Source: a virus
Direction: 5' to 3' (one strand)
Virus record (IMG/VR): IMGVR_UViG_3300050190_000082
Coordinates: 1-64,000 of that record
Length of the DNA stretch: 64,000 nucleotides
A model generated the notes under the pieces. It was not told the DNA's origin and did not search any database. It saw nothing but the letters and a program-made list of their open reading frames with translations. This document shows, piece after piece, positions 8,633 through 18,299 of the stretch. The position numbers were made by a program, and so were the translations under genes. How positions within the stretch are numbered: the stretch's first letter is position 1; each line of letters opens with the position of its first letter.

Positions 8633-8660
8633 TTATATTGTAACTAATAAATAATATATA

Positions 8661-8855
8661 TTGAAAGGAAATGATAAATTAATGGGGAAACAAGATTGTG
8701 TAATTATTCCATTCGAAGGATTCAAGGAGAAAATTCGTGTTCAGAAACAACTTGATAGTGAAATGATAAAGAAATATGGCAAAAACAGATACAAACTAAG
8801 TATTTTAGATAACTGCGTTATGGCAATTTGCCCTTCAGACACCATTTATTTTTAG
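8661..8855 (+). CDS. Hypothetical protein
   Basis: ORF with SD GAAAGGA; true start probably the internal ATG. Confidence 0.55.
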   Translation: MKGNDKLMGKQDCVIIPFEGFKEKIRVQKQLDSEMIKKYGKNRYKLSILDNCVMAICPSDTIYF

Positions 8856-8904
8856 TAGTATTCCAATTAAATATAATATAATACATATAATATGAAGGAG
8901 TGTT

Positions 8905-9228
8905 TTGATGAAGGTTATTGAGAGTAAAGAAACGATAGTAATAGAAGACAAATTAATAGCAGTAGCATGCAATAAATGTGGAGAGATTGTGGATTTTGAG
9001 CAATCACAACCTTACCAAAGTTTTGACATAACTTTTGGGTATGGACCAGATGATAATAAAAATCTTAGATTTGAGATATGCGATGAGTGTATCAAAGATA
9101 TTGTAAAAGGTTTTAAAATAGAACCTGAAGTAACAGTTAATGATGTTTCAGACTGGGAGTGGCCTATAGAAGAAACAGAAAACTTCACTCCAAATTCCAT
9201 TAGGGAGGAGAATACATATGAAGATTAG
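8905..9228 (+). CDS. Hypothetical zinc-binding protein
   Basis: CNKC...CDEC; SD AAGGAG. Confidence 0.6.
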   Translation: MMKVIESKETIVIEDKLIAVACNKCGEIVDFEQSQPYQSFDITFGYGPDDNKNLRFEICDECIKDIVKGFKIEPEVTVNDVSDWEWPIEETENFTPNSIREENTYED

Positions 9229-9511
9229 AATTACAGCAAATCAATCACCAATAGCAGGGGATGGAAATATTAGTAGTTTCATCGGAGGAGTTTATGAAGC
9301 AACACCTCATTTAAGTGGTAATGGTTACATGGTAGTTAACTTTGGAAGGACTGGGAGCATGACCATTTATCCAAGCGAATATGAGATTATTGATATTCAA
9401 CAAGAAGTTAAAGAATTTGTTAGTAAATATTATGAATATAACGCGAGTGCAGAAGATGTTAGTAATTTTATCTTAGAAAATAGAATAGGACTCTTAAATC
9501 TTCTAAAATAA
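9218..9511 (+). CDS. Hypothetical protein
   Basis: SD GGAGGAG; overlaps the upstream stop. Confidence 0.6.
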   Translation: MKIRITANQSPIAGDGNISSFIGGVYEATPHLSGNGYMVVNFGRTGSMTIYPSEYEIIDIQQEVKEFVSKYYEYNASAEDVSNFILENRIGLLNLLK

Positions 9512-9552
9512 GCATTTAAAATCGGATTTTTAAAGGGTGAGAATTTCAAGCT

Positions 9553-9581
9553 CTGGAAGTGGCTTGTAGTAAGGGTTTCAG
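9553..9581. repeat. 29-bp 11-7-11 imperfect dyad, copy 1
   Basis: CTGGAAGTGGC-ttgtagt-AAGGGTTTCAG; related copies at 49614 and 52821. Confidence 0.6.
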
Positions 9582-9630
9582 AATCGCAAAATACCATATA
9601 ATGAGAAAATTTAATGAAAAGGAGTAGTTT

Positions 9631-10047
9631 ATGACTAAACAAGATTTATTTAATAAGATAAGACAACATGTAATCACTAACTATCAAAAAATTAATTCAT
9701 CTGATATGATTTTAGGAGAAGCATATTATAATCGAAGATGCCACCTAAATTCAGTACAAAAGGTTAAGGAGGGTTTTGCAACTAAAGTATTTCTATGCTT
9801 TGCAATTGATAGAGAAGATAATTCTCAATGTGTACATTTTATTAATCAAACTAATGATGGTAAATATGTTGATAATACTTGGGGTTGGCTATATGAGCAA
9901 AGTGATTATTATTTAATCAGAGAGATTGATAGTAGTGAATACAGTAAAATTTGGGATATACTTGAGAACGCTAAAAAGTCATTGTTTAACGCATATGCAA
10001 CATGTTTTGATAAATATATATTAAGGATTAAATATAATATTATTTGA
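9631..10047 (+). CDS. Hypothetical phage protein
   Basis: SD AAAGGAG; YNRRCHLNS..HFIN..DNTWGW motif; bounded by dyad sites. Confidence 0.65.
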   Translation: MTKQDLFNKIRQHVITNYQKINSSDMILGEAYYNRRCHLNSVQKVKEGFATKVFLCFAIDREDNSQCVHFINQTNDGKYVDNTWGWLYEQSDYYLIREIDSSEYSKIWDILENAKKSLFNAYATCFDKYILRIKYNII

Positions 10048-10083
10048 CAAATCAAATGAGGATTTGAATGGAAAGGAGAAAAT

Positions 10084-10347
10084 ATGGACAAATTTATTAA
10101 AATCTTAGATGTTACACTAAAACTGATAGGAACTACTTTAGGAATTGGACTATGTGCATTTGTAGGAGGGATGATATCTTTAATAGTATTTATGTTCTTT
10201 ACATTATTGTTCATGAATACCCAACCTACCTTAATTGTTATTCCTTTCCCTATTAAAATTTGTATTAGCATATTCTTTCTTATATTTTGGGTTGTTAGTT
10301 CCATTCAGTTTTTCATGGACAATAAAAGAAAGGGGGAAACAAGATGA
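10084..10347 (+). CDS. Small membrane protein
   Basis: Two hydrophobic segments; SD AAAGGAG. Confidence 0.6.
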   Translation: MDKFIKILDVTLKLIGTTLGIGLCAFVGGMISLIVFMFFTLLFMNTQPTLIVIPFPIKICISIFFLIFWVVSSIQFFMDNKRKGETR

Positions 10348-10583
10348 CCATATTTGTAAAGAGAGTAATTTATTGTAACGAATGTAGTTATGAAGTGCCT
10401 AACGATTACTACTTTGGAGCAAAAGATTGGATATTTACTAAAGATATAACAGAGGAAGGGTATCACTTTTGTAGTAATAAATGTTATGAATCTTTTATAG
10501 AAGATGAAAATAATGGTGAATTAATTTACATTAAGACATTAAATAGTAATGATGATGAATTTAGAAGAATAATGAATAAATAA
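10344..10583 (+). CDS. Small zinc-binding protein
   Basis: CNEC...HFCSNKC; ATGA overlap. Confidence 0.6.
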   Translation: MTIFVKRVIYCNECSYEVPNDYYFGAKDWIFTKDITEEGYHFCSNKCYESFIEDENNGELIYIKTLNSNDDEFRRIMNK

Positions 10584-10605
10584 CTGGAAATCCAAAATAA
10601 AATAT

Positions 10606-10851
10606 ATGATTTATTTAGAAAGGAGAAACAAATTGATTATATTACAAACTATTATGGGTTTTATTATTATTTATTTGATGTTTTGCCTTTATGCTTCAAT
10701 GTCTACTAAATTTAATATTGAAACTGCAAAAGGATTTGAGCATTTTTGTATAGTTGTTGGAGATTTTGTATTGGCAGGATTGAGTATTATCTTAGTTTTA
10801 TATCTCTCATACAAAATAGGAGAAATAATAGTATTCGTTTATAAACATTAA
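10606..10851 (+). CDS. Small membrane protein
   Basis: Two TM-like segments; true start probably the TTG after SD AAAGGAG. Confidence 0.55.
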   Translation: MIYLERRNKLIILQTIMGFIIIYLMFCLYASMSTKFNIETAKGFEHFCIVVGDFVLAGLSIILVLYLSYKIGEIIVFVYKH

Positions 10852-10878
10852 ATACTAAATAATGTTAGGAGGAATAAA

Positions 10879-11523
10879 ATGAAGAAACTTAAATTCATTA
10901 CTATTCTAATTGTGACTTTATTCATTGCAAATAAAGTTTACACAAATTCTCACAGTTCTCCCCAAATTACACCAACACAACAACAGAATTTAGAAAGTTA
11001 CAATAAAGAACAAAATAGAATCGCTGAATTAGCAAAGATGCAAGACCCAACAATCATAAGGACAGAATTAAAAAAGGTAGGAAAAGTAATCTCATTGCAG
11101 GGAAAATATAATTATTTTAGTAAAATCACTAATACAGATTCAATTTTTCATAAGTTTACATTAAGGGAAATAACATTAGATTTTCGGTATGAGTTTAATA
11201 TGGGCATGGATCTTCAATACATAAATATTACAAAAATAGACAATGGTGTTGTATACATAAATATCCCTAAGAGTCAAATTAAACTTCAAAGCGTTACAAT
11301 GTGCCCTGAGAGCCAGATTGTTACAGGGAATAAGATGTTTTTAGTATCACAATTTAGTCCTACAGATGTTCAAACTATCATTGAACAGAGTCAGAATAAT
11401 GTCATTGATAAAATTAGCAAAGATAATAAGTTAGTTGATACTGCTAAAGTTAATATGCAAGATGTAGTTGAAGGATTGGTGAAACGGTTGGGGTATAAAG
11501 AAGTTATCTTTAATCAAATTTAA
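10879..11523 (+). CDS. DUF4230-like membrane-anchored protein
   Basis: N-terminal anchor, GMDLQYI..VYINIPK pattern, C-terminal AK.N...LGYKEV. Confidence 0.6.
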   Translation: MKKLKFITILIVTLFIANKVYTNSHSSPQITPTQQQNLESYNKEQNRIAELAKMQDPTIIRTELKKVGKVISLQGKYNYFSKITNTDSIFHKFTLREITLDFRYEFNMGMDLQYINITKIDNGVVYINIPKSQIKLQSVTMCPESQIVTGNKMFLVSQFSPTDVQTIIEQSQNNVIDKISKDNKLVDTAKVNMQDVVEGLVKRLGYKEVIFNQI

Positions 11524-11698
11524 GGAGGGATAGGTAATTGGTGGCAATTGTTGAAAAGAGAGAAGAGATACAAGTTAAGGTATTGTTTGGCAGGGAAAAG
11601 TACATTTTGCTCAATCGTGAGGAACAATGGGAACTTGCCTTATCAGAAGGTTATACATTCAGTCCATTAAGAGGTAAATTTAGAAAGGCGGTAATAAT

Positions 11699-11890
11699 AT
11701 GATTGAAACAGGAGCTTATATTTATCAACAATACATAGATAAAATAGTTAAGAGATATGATGAGGATTTTATTGAAGGCGAAAAAGTGCAACAATACCTT
11801 GAAACTCTTGAAAGATGGGAAAATAAGGCTAAGAGATTGTCTTTAGTTAAAAAAGAGAAGTTAATATTTGCATTGGAAGAATTGAGTTAA
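11699..11890 (+). CDS. Hypothetical protein
   Basis: SD GAAAGGCGG. Confidence 0.55.
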   Translation: MIETGAYIYQQYIDKIVKRYDEDFIEGEKVQQYLETLERWENKAKRLSLVKKEKLIFALEELS

Positions 11891-11933
11891 CCAATTCAAA
11901 GAGTAATTTATTTGGAAGAAAGGGAATTATATT

Positions 11934-12152
11934 ATGATGTTTAGTACAAATACTCCATCACCGTTTACAGTTAAGGATTTAAAGAAACATTTAGAATATA
12001 TGGATGATAATATGATTATTCGCTTAGTTGGCACATTTGGAACAAATAAATTTTTAAGTCTTGTTGGTAGAGGGCATGATGAAGCGAGTTTCGCGTTTGA
12101 TGAAGAAGAATATTTTACAGGATGGGACTTTGAAAATAACTGTGAGAAATAG
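11934..12152 (+). CDS. Hypothetical protein
   Basis: Between dyad sites 11896 and 12160. Confidence 0.55.
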   Translation: MMFSTNTPSPFTVKDLKKHLEYMDDNMIIRLVGTFGTNKFLSLVGRGHDEASFAFDEEEYFTGWDFENNCEK

Positions 12153-12198
12153 AATCAAATCAAATACAAATTTAATAGGATAGAAAGGTGATATACAT

Positions 12199-12591
12199 AT
12201 GATTATCAATAAAAAAGTACAGTTAGTAACTGGTCAAGTGGAATATCAGACTATATGGGAACATGATTTTATGAGTGATGGAGAAACAGATTATGAGTAT
12301 AGAAAGTTTACTACAATTGGAGAATTACTAGAGTTAATAAGCGAGGAACAATTATGTGAGATTAAAAATGACTTAGACTGTGATCAAATAAGCGTTTCTG
12401 GAATTGTATTAAATGGCAGTGGCGATATGGCTAGATTTAGAGGAAGTATAGGAGAGAGAAAATTAGAAGGTTATATTACAGTTGATATTGACAACCAAGA
12501 CATAAATAAAAGGATTATTAATAATCTCGAAGCAATTAAAAAGATAGCTGAAAATACATTAAGTGAATATCCAATTGCTTATAGAGTTTAA
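12199..12591 (+). CDS. Hypothetical protein
   Basis: SD GAAAGGTG; between dyad sites. Confidence 0.6.
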   Translation: MIINKKVQLVTGQVEYQTIWEHDFMSDGETDYEYRKFTTIGELLELISEEQLCEIKNDLDCDQISVSGIVLNGSGDMARFRGSIGERKLEGYITVDIDNQDINKRIINNLEAIKKIAENTLSEYPIAYRV

Positions 12592-12848
12592 ATAATACCC
12601 AATAAATTCATTCTTTCAATCTAAGTGTAGAAAAGGAGAAATATATGATAGATGAAGAGTTTGTTATCACCCATTTAGAGAATAGAATTAAGGATCTAAT
12701 AAAACAGAAAAACATATTAATAGAAAACGAATTGCTTTCTACTAGAAATTATTGGTCAATTTCAGGAATTATTAGTGGTTTACAAGAGGCTTTAGATTTA
12801 CTAACCATATGAAAGACGAGTTTCAAAGGGAAAGGAAGGAAGAAAGAT

Positions 12849-13220
12849 ATGAGTTTAAATAATAAAAGTTGCAATATAAAAACAAAAGAATTAATCAATG
12901 GAGAAATTTTAGTATTAACTAATAGATATGGTGGGTCTGAATTTAGTATAGGTAGCCCTCATTTATTAATTAAAAAAGACAATAAATATGGAATAGGTGA
13001 AATATATTGTGGAAGCGAAGATAGTCCTCACCCATTAGAAACTAAATATAAGAGGGAATTTGAATGCAATTTATTGAGTAATTTTTATTGGTTTAATGAT
13101 CCTATACAATTTCTATGGTTAATGAAAATAGATCCTTATAAGTTGTCTAGTTTATTTGATTGGGATGAAGATTGTGATGTAGACGATTTTCAAGAAGAGG
13201 TTATTAAAAATTTTAAATAA
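12849..13220 (+). CDS. Hypothetical protein
   Basis: SD AAGGAAG. Confidence 0.6.
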   Translation: MSLNNKSCNIKTKELINGEILVLTNRYGGSEFSIGSPHLLIKKDNKYGIGEIYCGSEDSPHPLETKYKREFECNLLSNFYWFNDPIQFLWLMKIDPYKLSSLFDWDEDCDVDDFQEEVIKNFK

Positions 13221-13239
13221 ATAATAAAGGAGATTTTAA

Positions 13240-13833
13240 ATGAGTGTAGTAGTTGCGATTAAAGATAATGATAAAATATGGGTAGGGTGTGACAGTCAAG
13301 TTACTTCTGGAAATACAAAAGAAACATTAAAATTACAGAAGAAAATTTGGAGAGCTTCAGATGATGATCAATTAGTAATGGGAGTAGTTGGATATTTTAG
13401 AGATGCAAATATTTTGTCAACTACAGAAGGATTAATAGAAGAATTACCAAAGTTAAAAAATGAGGTTAACTTCAAATACATAGTTAGAAATGTAGTTCCT
13501 AAAATATTTTCTGAATTAGATGGTTTTGGAAGAATGAAATTATCTAATAATATCAAGTCTATCCAGTCCAATATAATACTTGCTTATAAAGATAACGCAT
13601 ATTGTATCGAAATGGATGGATGTGTAATGGAAATTGATGATATTTTAATTGATGGGTCTGGAGGTACATTAGGCTTAGGAGCCTGGAATGGGTTAAAGGA
13701 CAATAAAGAAATGAGTGTTAAGGATAAATTAGTTCAAGTGATTAAATCTGCTTGTGAGAGCAATTTATATGTCAATTACCCAATAATTATTATGAATACC
13801 AAAGATAAAGAAGTAGAAATAATCGAGAAGTAG
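13240..13833 (+). CDS. Ntn-hydrolase (HslV/proteasome-beta-like) peptidase
   Basis: M-SVVVAIKD..IWVGCDSQVT, K33-like KIW, and DGSGG motif. Confidence 0.65.
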   Translation: MSVVVAIKDNDKIWVGCDSQVTSGNTKETLKLQKKIWRASDDDQLVMGVVGYFRDANILSTTEGLIEELPKLKNEVNFKYIVRNVVPKIFSELDGFGRMKLSNNIKSIQSNIILAYKDNAYCIEMDGCVMEIDDILIDGSGGTLGLGAWNGLKDNKEMSVKDKLVQVIKSACESNLYVNYPIIIMNTKDKEVEIIEK

Positions 13834-13883
13834 TATAGTCACCAAATCAAAAATGCATTTCATATGGTAAAGGAGGAATAATT

Positions 13884-14051
13884 ATGATCACAGTTAGTTA
13901 TCTTGAATACTATAGTCAAGATGGTATAGAAAAATTCGTATTTTATACTTATAAAGAGTTCTTTCAATTTTGGAGTCACAATAGTAATCGAGGGAGCATT
14001 TCTTTGATTGGTCATACTGAGATGGAGATAAATAATCAATTCAAATTCTGA
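13884..14051 (+). CDS. Hypothetical protein (55 aa)
   Basis: SD AAGGAGG, ATG 13884; stop TGA lies in the spacer of dyad site 14041; not in track. Confidence 0.55.
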   Translation: MITVSYLEYYSQDGIEKFVFYTYKEFFQFWSHNSNRGSISLIGHTEMEINNQFKF

Positions 14052-14080
14052 TTTTAAGCTATTAAGGAAGGAGAATAATA

Positions 14081-14353
14081 ATGGCAATAGTAGAATATAA
14101 AAAAGATGTTCCATTGAAAGATAAGGTGAAAATAAAGCAAGGGGATTTTATCTATTGCAAAGCTAATGGAGGAGGATGTAGCTTTTGGGGTATATACGGA
14201 ATGGGATGTGGCGTAGTTTCTTTAGATGGAGCAGGAAGTAGTTATATTCCTAGTGGAGTTGATCTTTATTTAGGAGAGATTTATAATTATTGGCTAATAG
14301 AAAAGAGAATACCCTGTGACAAGGCTAGAATAACTATAGACGAGATAGAGTAG
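14081..14353 (+). CDS. Hypothetical protein
   Basis: SD AAGGAG. Confidence 0.6.
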   Translation: MAIVEYKKDVPLKDKVKIKQGDFIYCKANGGGCSFWGIYGMGCGVVSLDGAGSSYIPSGVDLYLGEIYNYWLIEKRIPCDKARITIDEIE

Positions 14354-14513
14354 AAAGGAAGGAGTAAATAAAATGGATCAATGTCCTAATTGCAAAGAAT
14401 ATTGGGTATCATGCCCCTGTTGCAAAGAAAGTTTTTGTCCAGATTGCGGAATGATTGAATCGGAAGCAGAAGAAAACGAGGAAAAGTAATTAACAAATAA
14501 TATATAATATAGT

Positions 14514-14542
14514 TTGACATGACTTCTTGTATATGGTAGAAT
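14514..14542 (+). promoter_or_regulatory. sigmaA promoter for ligase
   Basis: TTGACA-17bp-TAGAAT with TG; AATATATAATAT just upstream. Confidence 0.75.
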
Positions 14543-14589
14543 AAGATATAGCAAGAAGTCATATTTTATTAAGAAAGAAGGAGATACAT

Positions 14590-15873
14590 ATGGAAAAGGT
14601 ATTGGCAATCGTCCAACAAATTCAAAGCACTTCAGGGAGAAATGATAAGGAGTCAATTCTATCACAAAATAAGGACAATGAATTATTTAAAAGTGTAATG
14701 TATTTTATCTACAATCCATTTATCCTTACAGGTATTAGCAAAAAGAAGATTAGTAAGAAACTTAAACTTCCAACAGAACCTTCAACATTATCAATTATTG
14801 AGGTTATGGATTATCTTAAAACATATAATTCTGGTAGAGATGAAGATGTAACTTTAGTTCAACACTTTATTCATTCACAGCCTGAGGGATTAAGAGACTT
14901 TTATACTAAGATTGTTTCCAAGGATTTAAGTATAGGCTTAACAGAAGGGACATTAAATAAAGTATATGTCGACTTTATTCCTACATTCTCCGTTATGTTG
15001 GCTAAAAAATATGAAGATCATAAGAAGAAAATCAAAGGTGATTTTGTTATAACTGAGAAAATGGATGGGAATAGATGCGTAGTAATTAAGGATAATGGAG
15101 TTGTAAAATCTTTTACTAGGCAAGGAAAGCAGTATGAAGGACTTGAAGAAATTGAATCTGATATTGCAGATTTACTAGAGGACAATGTTGTTTTTGATGG
15201 AGAATTAATTGCGGATATGCAAGGTAGCACAATTGAAATCTATACAGAGACAACTAGTAAAGCAAGAAGTAAAGGTTCAAATAAAACAGGATTGATATAT
15301 CACATTTTTGATATGTTACCATTAGATGAATTTCAGGATGGAAAGTCTAAAACAAGTTGTGTTACACGTAAAAAATACTTATCTAGCGTGTTTGAGAATA
15401 ATAATTTGCCACATTGTAAAGAAGTTAAACCTCTATATATAGGAAGTAATTTATCAGAAGTAGAAAAGTGGATGAGTTGGGCTGGAGCTAATGAGCTAGA
15501 AGGAATCATGGTTAACTTAGATAAACCTTATATTTGCAAAAGAAGTGATTCAATTTTAAAAGTAAAAGTATTTAATGATGCTGATCTCAGGTGTTTAGAT
15601 GTTATTGAAGGGACTGGGAAAAATGTTGGGAAACTTGGTTCAATTACAATTCAATTCGAGCATGAAGGAAAAGCATATGAATGTAATTGTGGCTCAGGAT
15701 TCTCAGATGAGGAACGAGAAGCATACTGGAAGCAACCAGAATTGATAGTGGGTAAGATTGTGACAGTAGGTTATTTTGAAGTCTCTAAGAACGCTCAGGG
15801 AGATTATGGTTTACGTTTTCCAACTTGGAAGAGTATTATTAGACATGATAAAACTGAAATTAGTATGAATTAA
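14590..15873 (+). CDS. lig: ATP-dependent DNA ligase
   Basis: Motif I EKMDGNR, FDGEL, IFDML, EGIM, KVK, GSGF, LRFP. Confidence 0.95.
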   Translation: MEKVLAIVQQIQSTSGRNDKESILSQNKDNELFKSVMYFIYNPFILTGISKKKISKKLKLPTEPSTLSIIEVMDYLKTYNSGRDEDVTLVQHFIHSQPEGLRDFYTKIVSKDLSIGLTEGTLNKVYVDFIPTFSVMLAKKYEDHKKKIKGDFVITEKMDGNRCVVIKDNGVVKSFTRQGKQYEGLEEIESDIADLLEDNVVFDGELIADMQGSTIEIYTETTSKARSKGSNKTGLIYHIFDMLPLDEFQDGKSKTSCVTRKKYLSSVFENNNLPHCKEVKPLYIGSNLSEVEKWMSWAGANELEGIMVNLDKPYICKRSDSILKVKVFNDADLRCLDVIEGTGKNVGKLGSITIQFEHEGKAYECNCGSGFSDEEREAYWKQPELIVGKIVTVGYFEVSKNAQGDYGLRFPTWKSIIRHDKTEISMN

Positions 15874-15887
15874 GGAGGAGTAGATAT

Positions 15888-16721
15888 TTGAATTTAATTA
15901 TAGAAACAGTAGAGAAAAGCTGTACTAAATGCGGAGAAATGCATCCAGCAACAGAAGAATACTTTTACAAAAATAAAATAACCAACAAGAAAAATGGTGT
16001 GCATTATAGATTATCTTCATGGTGTAAGAAATGTAGTATTAAACTCACTCAGAAGAATTATGATTTAGAAAGACGCAAGGTATTAAACTATGGATATTAC
16101 CACAATAATGAAGAATATAGGCTGAGACAAATTGCATATGCACAAACACCAGAGTATAGAGAAGGGCAGTCTGAGTGGAGAAAGAAAAATCCTGATAAAT
16201 TAAGAGTATATGGGTTTAGACATAGAAACCATGATATTACTAATAAAGAGTGGCAATCATGTTTAGATGTGTTTGGAAACAAATGTGCTTACTGCGGATT
16301 ATTAGCAGAAAATCATGTCACGAAAAGAAATGGGAAGAACATAATCATGAAACTTCACAGAGATCACGTAGATGATGAAGGATACAATGACTTGAGAAAT
16401 GCCATTCCTGCTTGTCAAAGTTGTAATACCAGTAAGCACGATGCTAGTTTAGATAATTGGTATAAGACTAGAGACTTTTATACTGAGGACAGATATAATT
16501 TTATTATATGGTGGACAACTGAAGGGTTTAAGTATTACATAGAAGATAAACCTCTATACAGAATAATAAGGGAAAGAAATAAAGAGGATACAAAATATCA
16601 TTATAATTTATGGAGTGTTGATGAAATGAGAAATACATTAAATATAATTTCAACTAAAGTTTCCAAGAAAGAGTTGATGGAAGATATTGAAGAATATTTA
16701 AAAACTATAATCGTCAAATAA
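15888..16721 (+). CDS. HNH endonuclease
   Basis: CAYCG...DHV...N..PACQSCNTSK; paralog of 30201..30968. Confidence 0.85.
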   Translation: MNLIIETVEKSCTKCGEMHPATEEYFYKNKITNKKNGVHYRLSSWCKKCSIKLTQKNYDLERRKVLNYGYYHNNEEYRLRQIAYAQTPEYREGQSEWRKKNPDKLRVYGFRHRNHDITNKEWQSCLDVFGNKCAYCGLLAENHVTKRNGKNIIMKLHRDHVDDEGYNDLRNAIPACQSCNTSKHDASLDNWYKTRDFYTEDRYNFIIWWTTEGFKYYIEDKPLYRIIRERNKEDTKYHYNLWSVDEMRNTLNIISTKVSKKELMEDIEEYLKTIIVK

Positions 16722-16757
16722 ACTTATGGTTTTATTCTATTACACGAAAGGAGATAT

Positions 16758-17144
16758 ATGGAGAATATAATATGTCATTTATGTGCTGGAAGTCCAGAAA
16801 TAGAATTATACAAAATTAACTTATCAGAAGATGAAAAGAATTATTTAAACAAGACATACTCTCCTATTAAAGTAGATATTTGTATAGGTTTAGAAATAGA
16901 GTCTTTAATAAAAAATGGCATTAGAACATATGGTTGTTGCTGTGGACATGGAAAATATAAACCAGAATGTTTGGTAGATATTAGTTGTAAGGATAAATTA
17001 AATAATATGGATTACGAATTACATGAATTCAGTGAAGGACATAGTAAAAAAGGAGTTATGGAAATATATTTAAAAACTAATGTACAATGTGAATTAAGAA
17101 AAGTATTAAAGAATAAAGTTTTTAGATATTTAGAAAGGGTTTAA
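16758..17144 (+). CDS. Hypothetical protein (VDxCI...GIxTxxCCCGH family)
   Basis: VDICIGLEIESLIKNGIRTYGCCCGHG motif; bounded by dyad sites. Confidence 0.6.
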   Translation: MENIICHLCAGSPEIELYKINLSEDEKNYLNKTYSPIKVDICIGLEIESLIKNGIRTYGCCCGHGKYKPECLVDISCKDKLNNMDYELHEFSEGHSKKGVMEIYLKTNVQCELRKVLKNKVFRYLERV

Positions 17145-17176
17145 AAAGAACATTTGAAGGGATAGGAGGTAAGTAA

Positions 17177-17521
17177 ATGTTAGTAGAGATCCATAGAGGG
17201 TTAAAATTAAAAGGATATTCTATCGTGCCAAAATACAAGCATTGGTATAGTAAGGGTAAAAAAGAAAGATGTCAAATTTCACTCCGTAGTGGAATACATA
17301 CTATTTGCGATGAAAAAGACATTGAATCAAATGTTGATAAATCGCTTAAAGAAGCGATGAATGATATTGGTTGGGGCGAAAATTTTGAAGGATGGTCAGA
17401 ATATGAATGGACATATGATTTAAGAATTACTTATATTAAAGATTTAAAAATGAAAGAAATTATTGAAAAACTAACTGGTGAACAATTCAAAAATGAATTT
17501 GGATTTAATAAAGGAGAATGA
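17177..17521 (+). CDS. Hypothetical protein
   Basis: SD AGGAGGT; bounded by dyad sites. Confidence 0.6.
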   Translation: MLVEIHRGLKLKGYSIVPKYKHWYSKGKKERCQISLRSGIHTICDEKDIESNVDKSLKEAMNDIGWGENFEGWSEYEWTYDLRITYIKDLKMKEIIEKLTGEQFKNEFGFNKGE

Positions 17522-17584
17522 TAATGAAAGAATTTTGATTAAATCCAAGTAAATGATATATTTTAATCTATAGAAAGGAGATTT

Positions 17585-17779
17585 ATGAAATATACAGATA
17601 TAGTTTTTAGTTGTAGAAAATGTGGTCACTTACTGTTTGTTGGTAATAGTCAAATAAACCCAAAAGAATTAATTTCGATTACTAAAGATGATTGTATTGG
17701 ATGTGGAGAAGAGGGATATGAAAACTGGATTCTAGTTAGAGAAGGAAATTTTGATAAAGAATATGGAAAGGAGAAATAA
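17585..17779 (+). CDS. Small zinc-ribbon protein
   Basis: CRKC...CIGC. Confidence 0.6.
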   Translation: MKYTDIVFSCRKCGHLLFVGNSQINPKELISITKDDCIGCGEEGYENWILVREGNFDKEYGKEK

Positions 17780-17782
17780 TAT

Positions 17783-18109
17783 ATGATATGTTGTAGAAAG
17801 TGTGAGCATTACATAAAAGATGATCTAACTAGATTATCATTGTACCGTAAATTACGTCATGCTAGTGGCCATTGTATGGACTCTAATAATCCAGATTTTA
17901 ATGAATGGGCAAGGAATTTTGGTAGAGGAATTAAGAGATTGGATTCATACATAACTCCTAAGTGGTGTAGTAAAAGAAAGAATCCAAAAATAACAGCAGA
18001 TGATTATAGTGAGGAAGAAATTCATGAATTGGTTAAAGAAGAGTTAAACCATCGTAAGTTTCTTAGGTTTATGAAGCATATCAATATTAATGATATACAT
18101 TGGTATTAG
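17783..18109 (+). CDS. Hypothetical Cys-rich protein
   Basis: CRKC..C..TPKWC. Confidence 0.55.
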   Translation: MICCRKCEHYIKDDLTRLSLYRKLRHASGHCMDSNNPDFNEWARNFGRGIKRLDSYITPKWCSKRKNPKITADDYSEEEIHELVKEELNHRKFLRFMKHININDIHWY

Positions 18110-18299
18110 GATAAAACATGTCTTCAAAGAAAGGAGATTTAAATGAAAGTAAAAGCAAAATTTACAGGAGTTAATTTAACTAAAGACAAAGAATATAATG
18201 TTATTTTTGAATATGATACTGTATATGAATTGACTTGTGATGAAGGAAAAGTATTTTGCAGAGACAAAGCATTTTTTGAAATTGTAAAGGAGAAATAAA

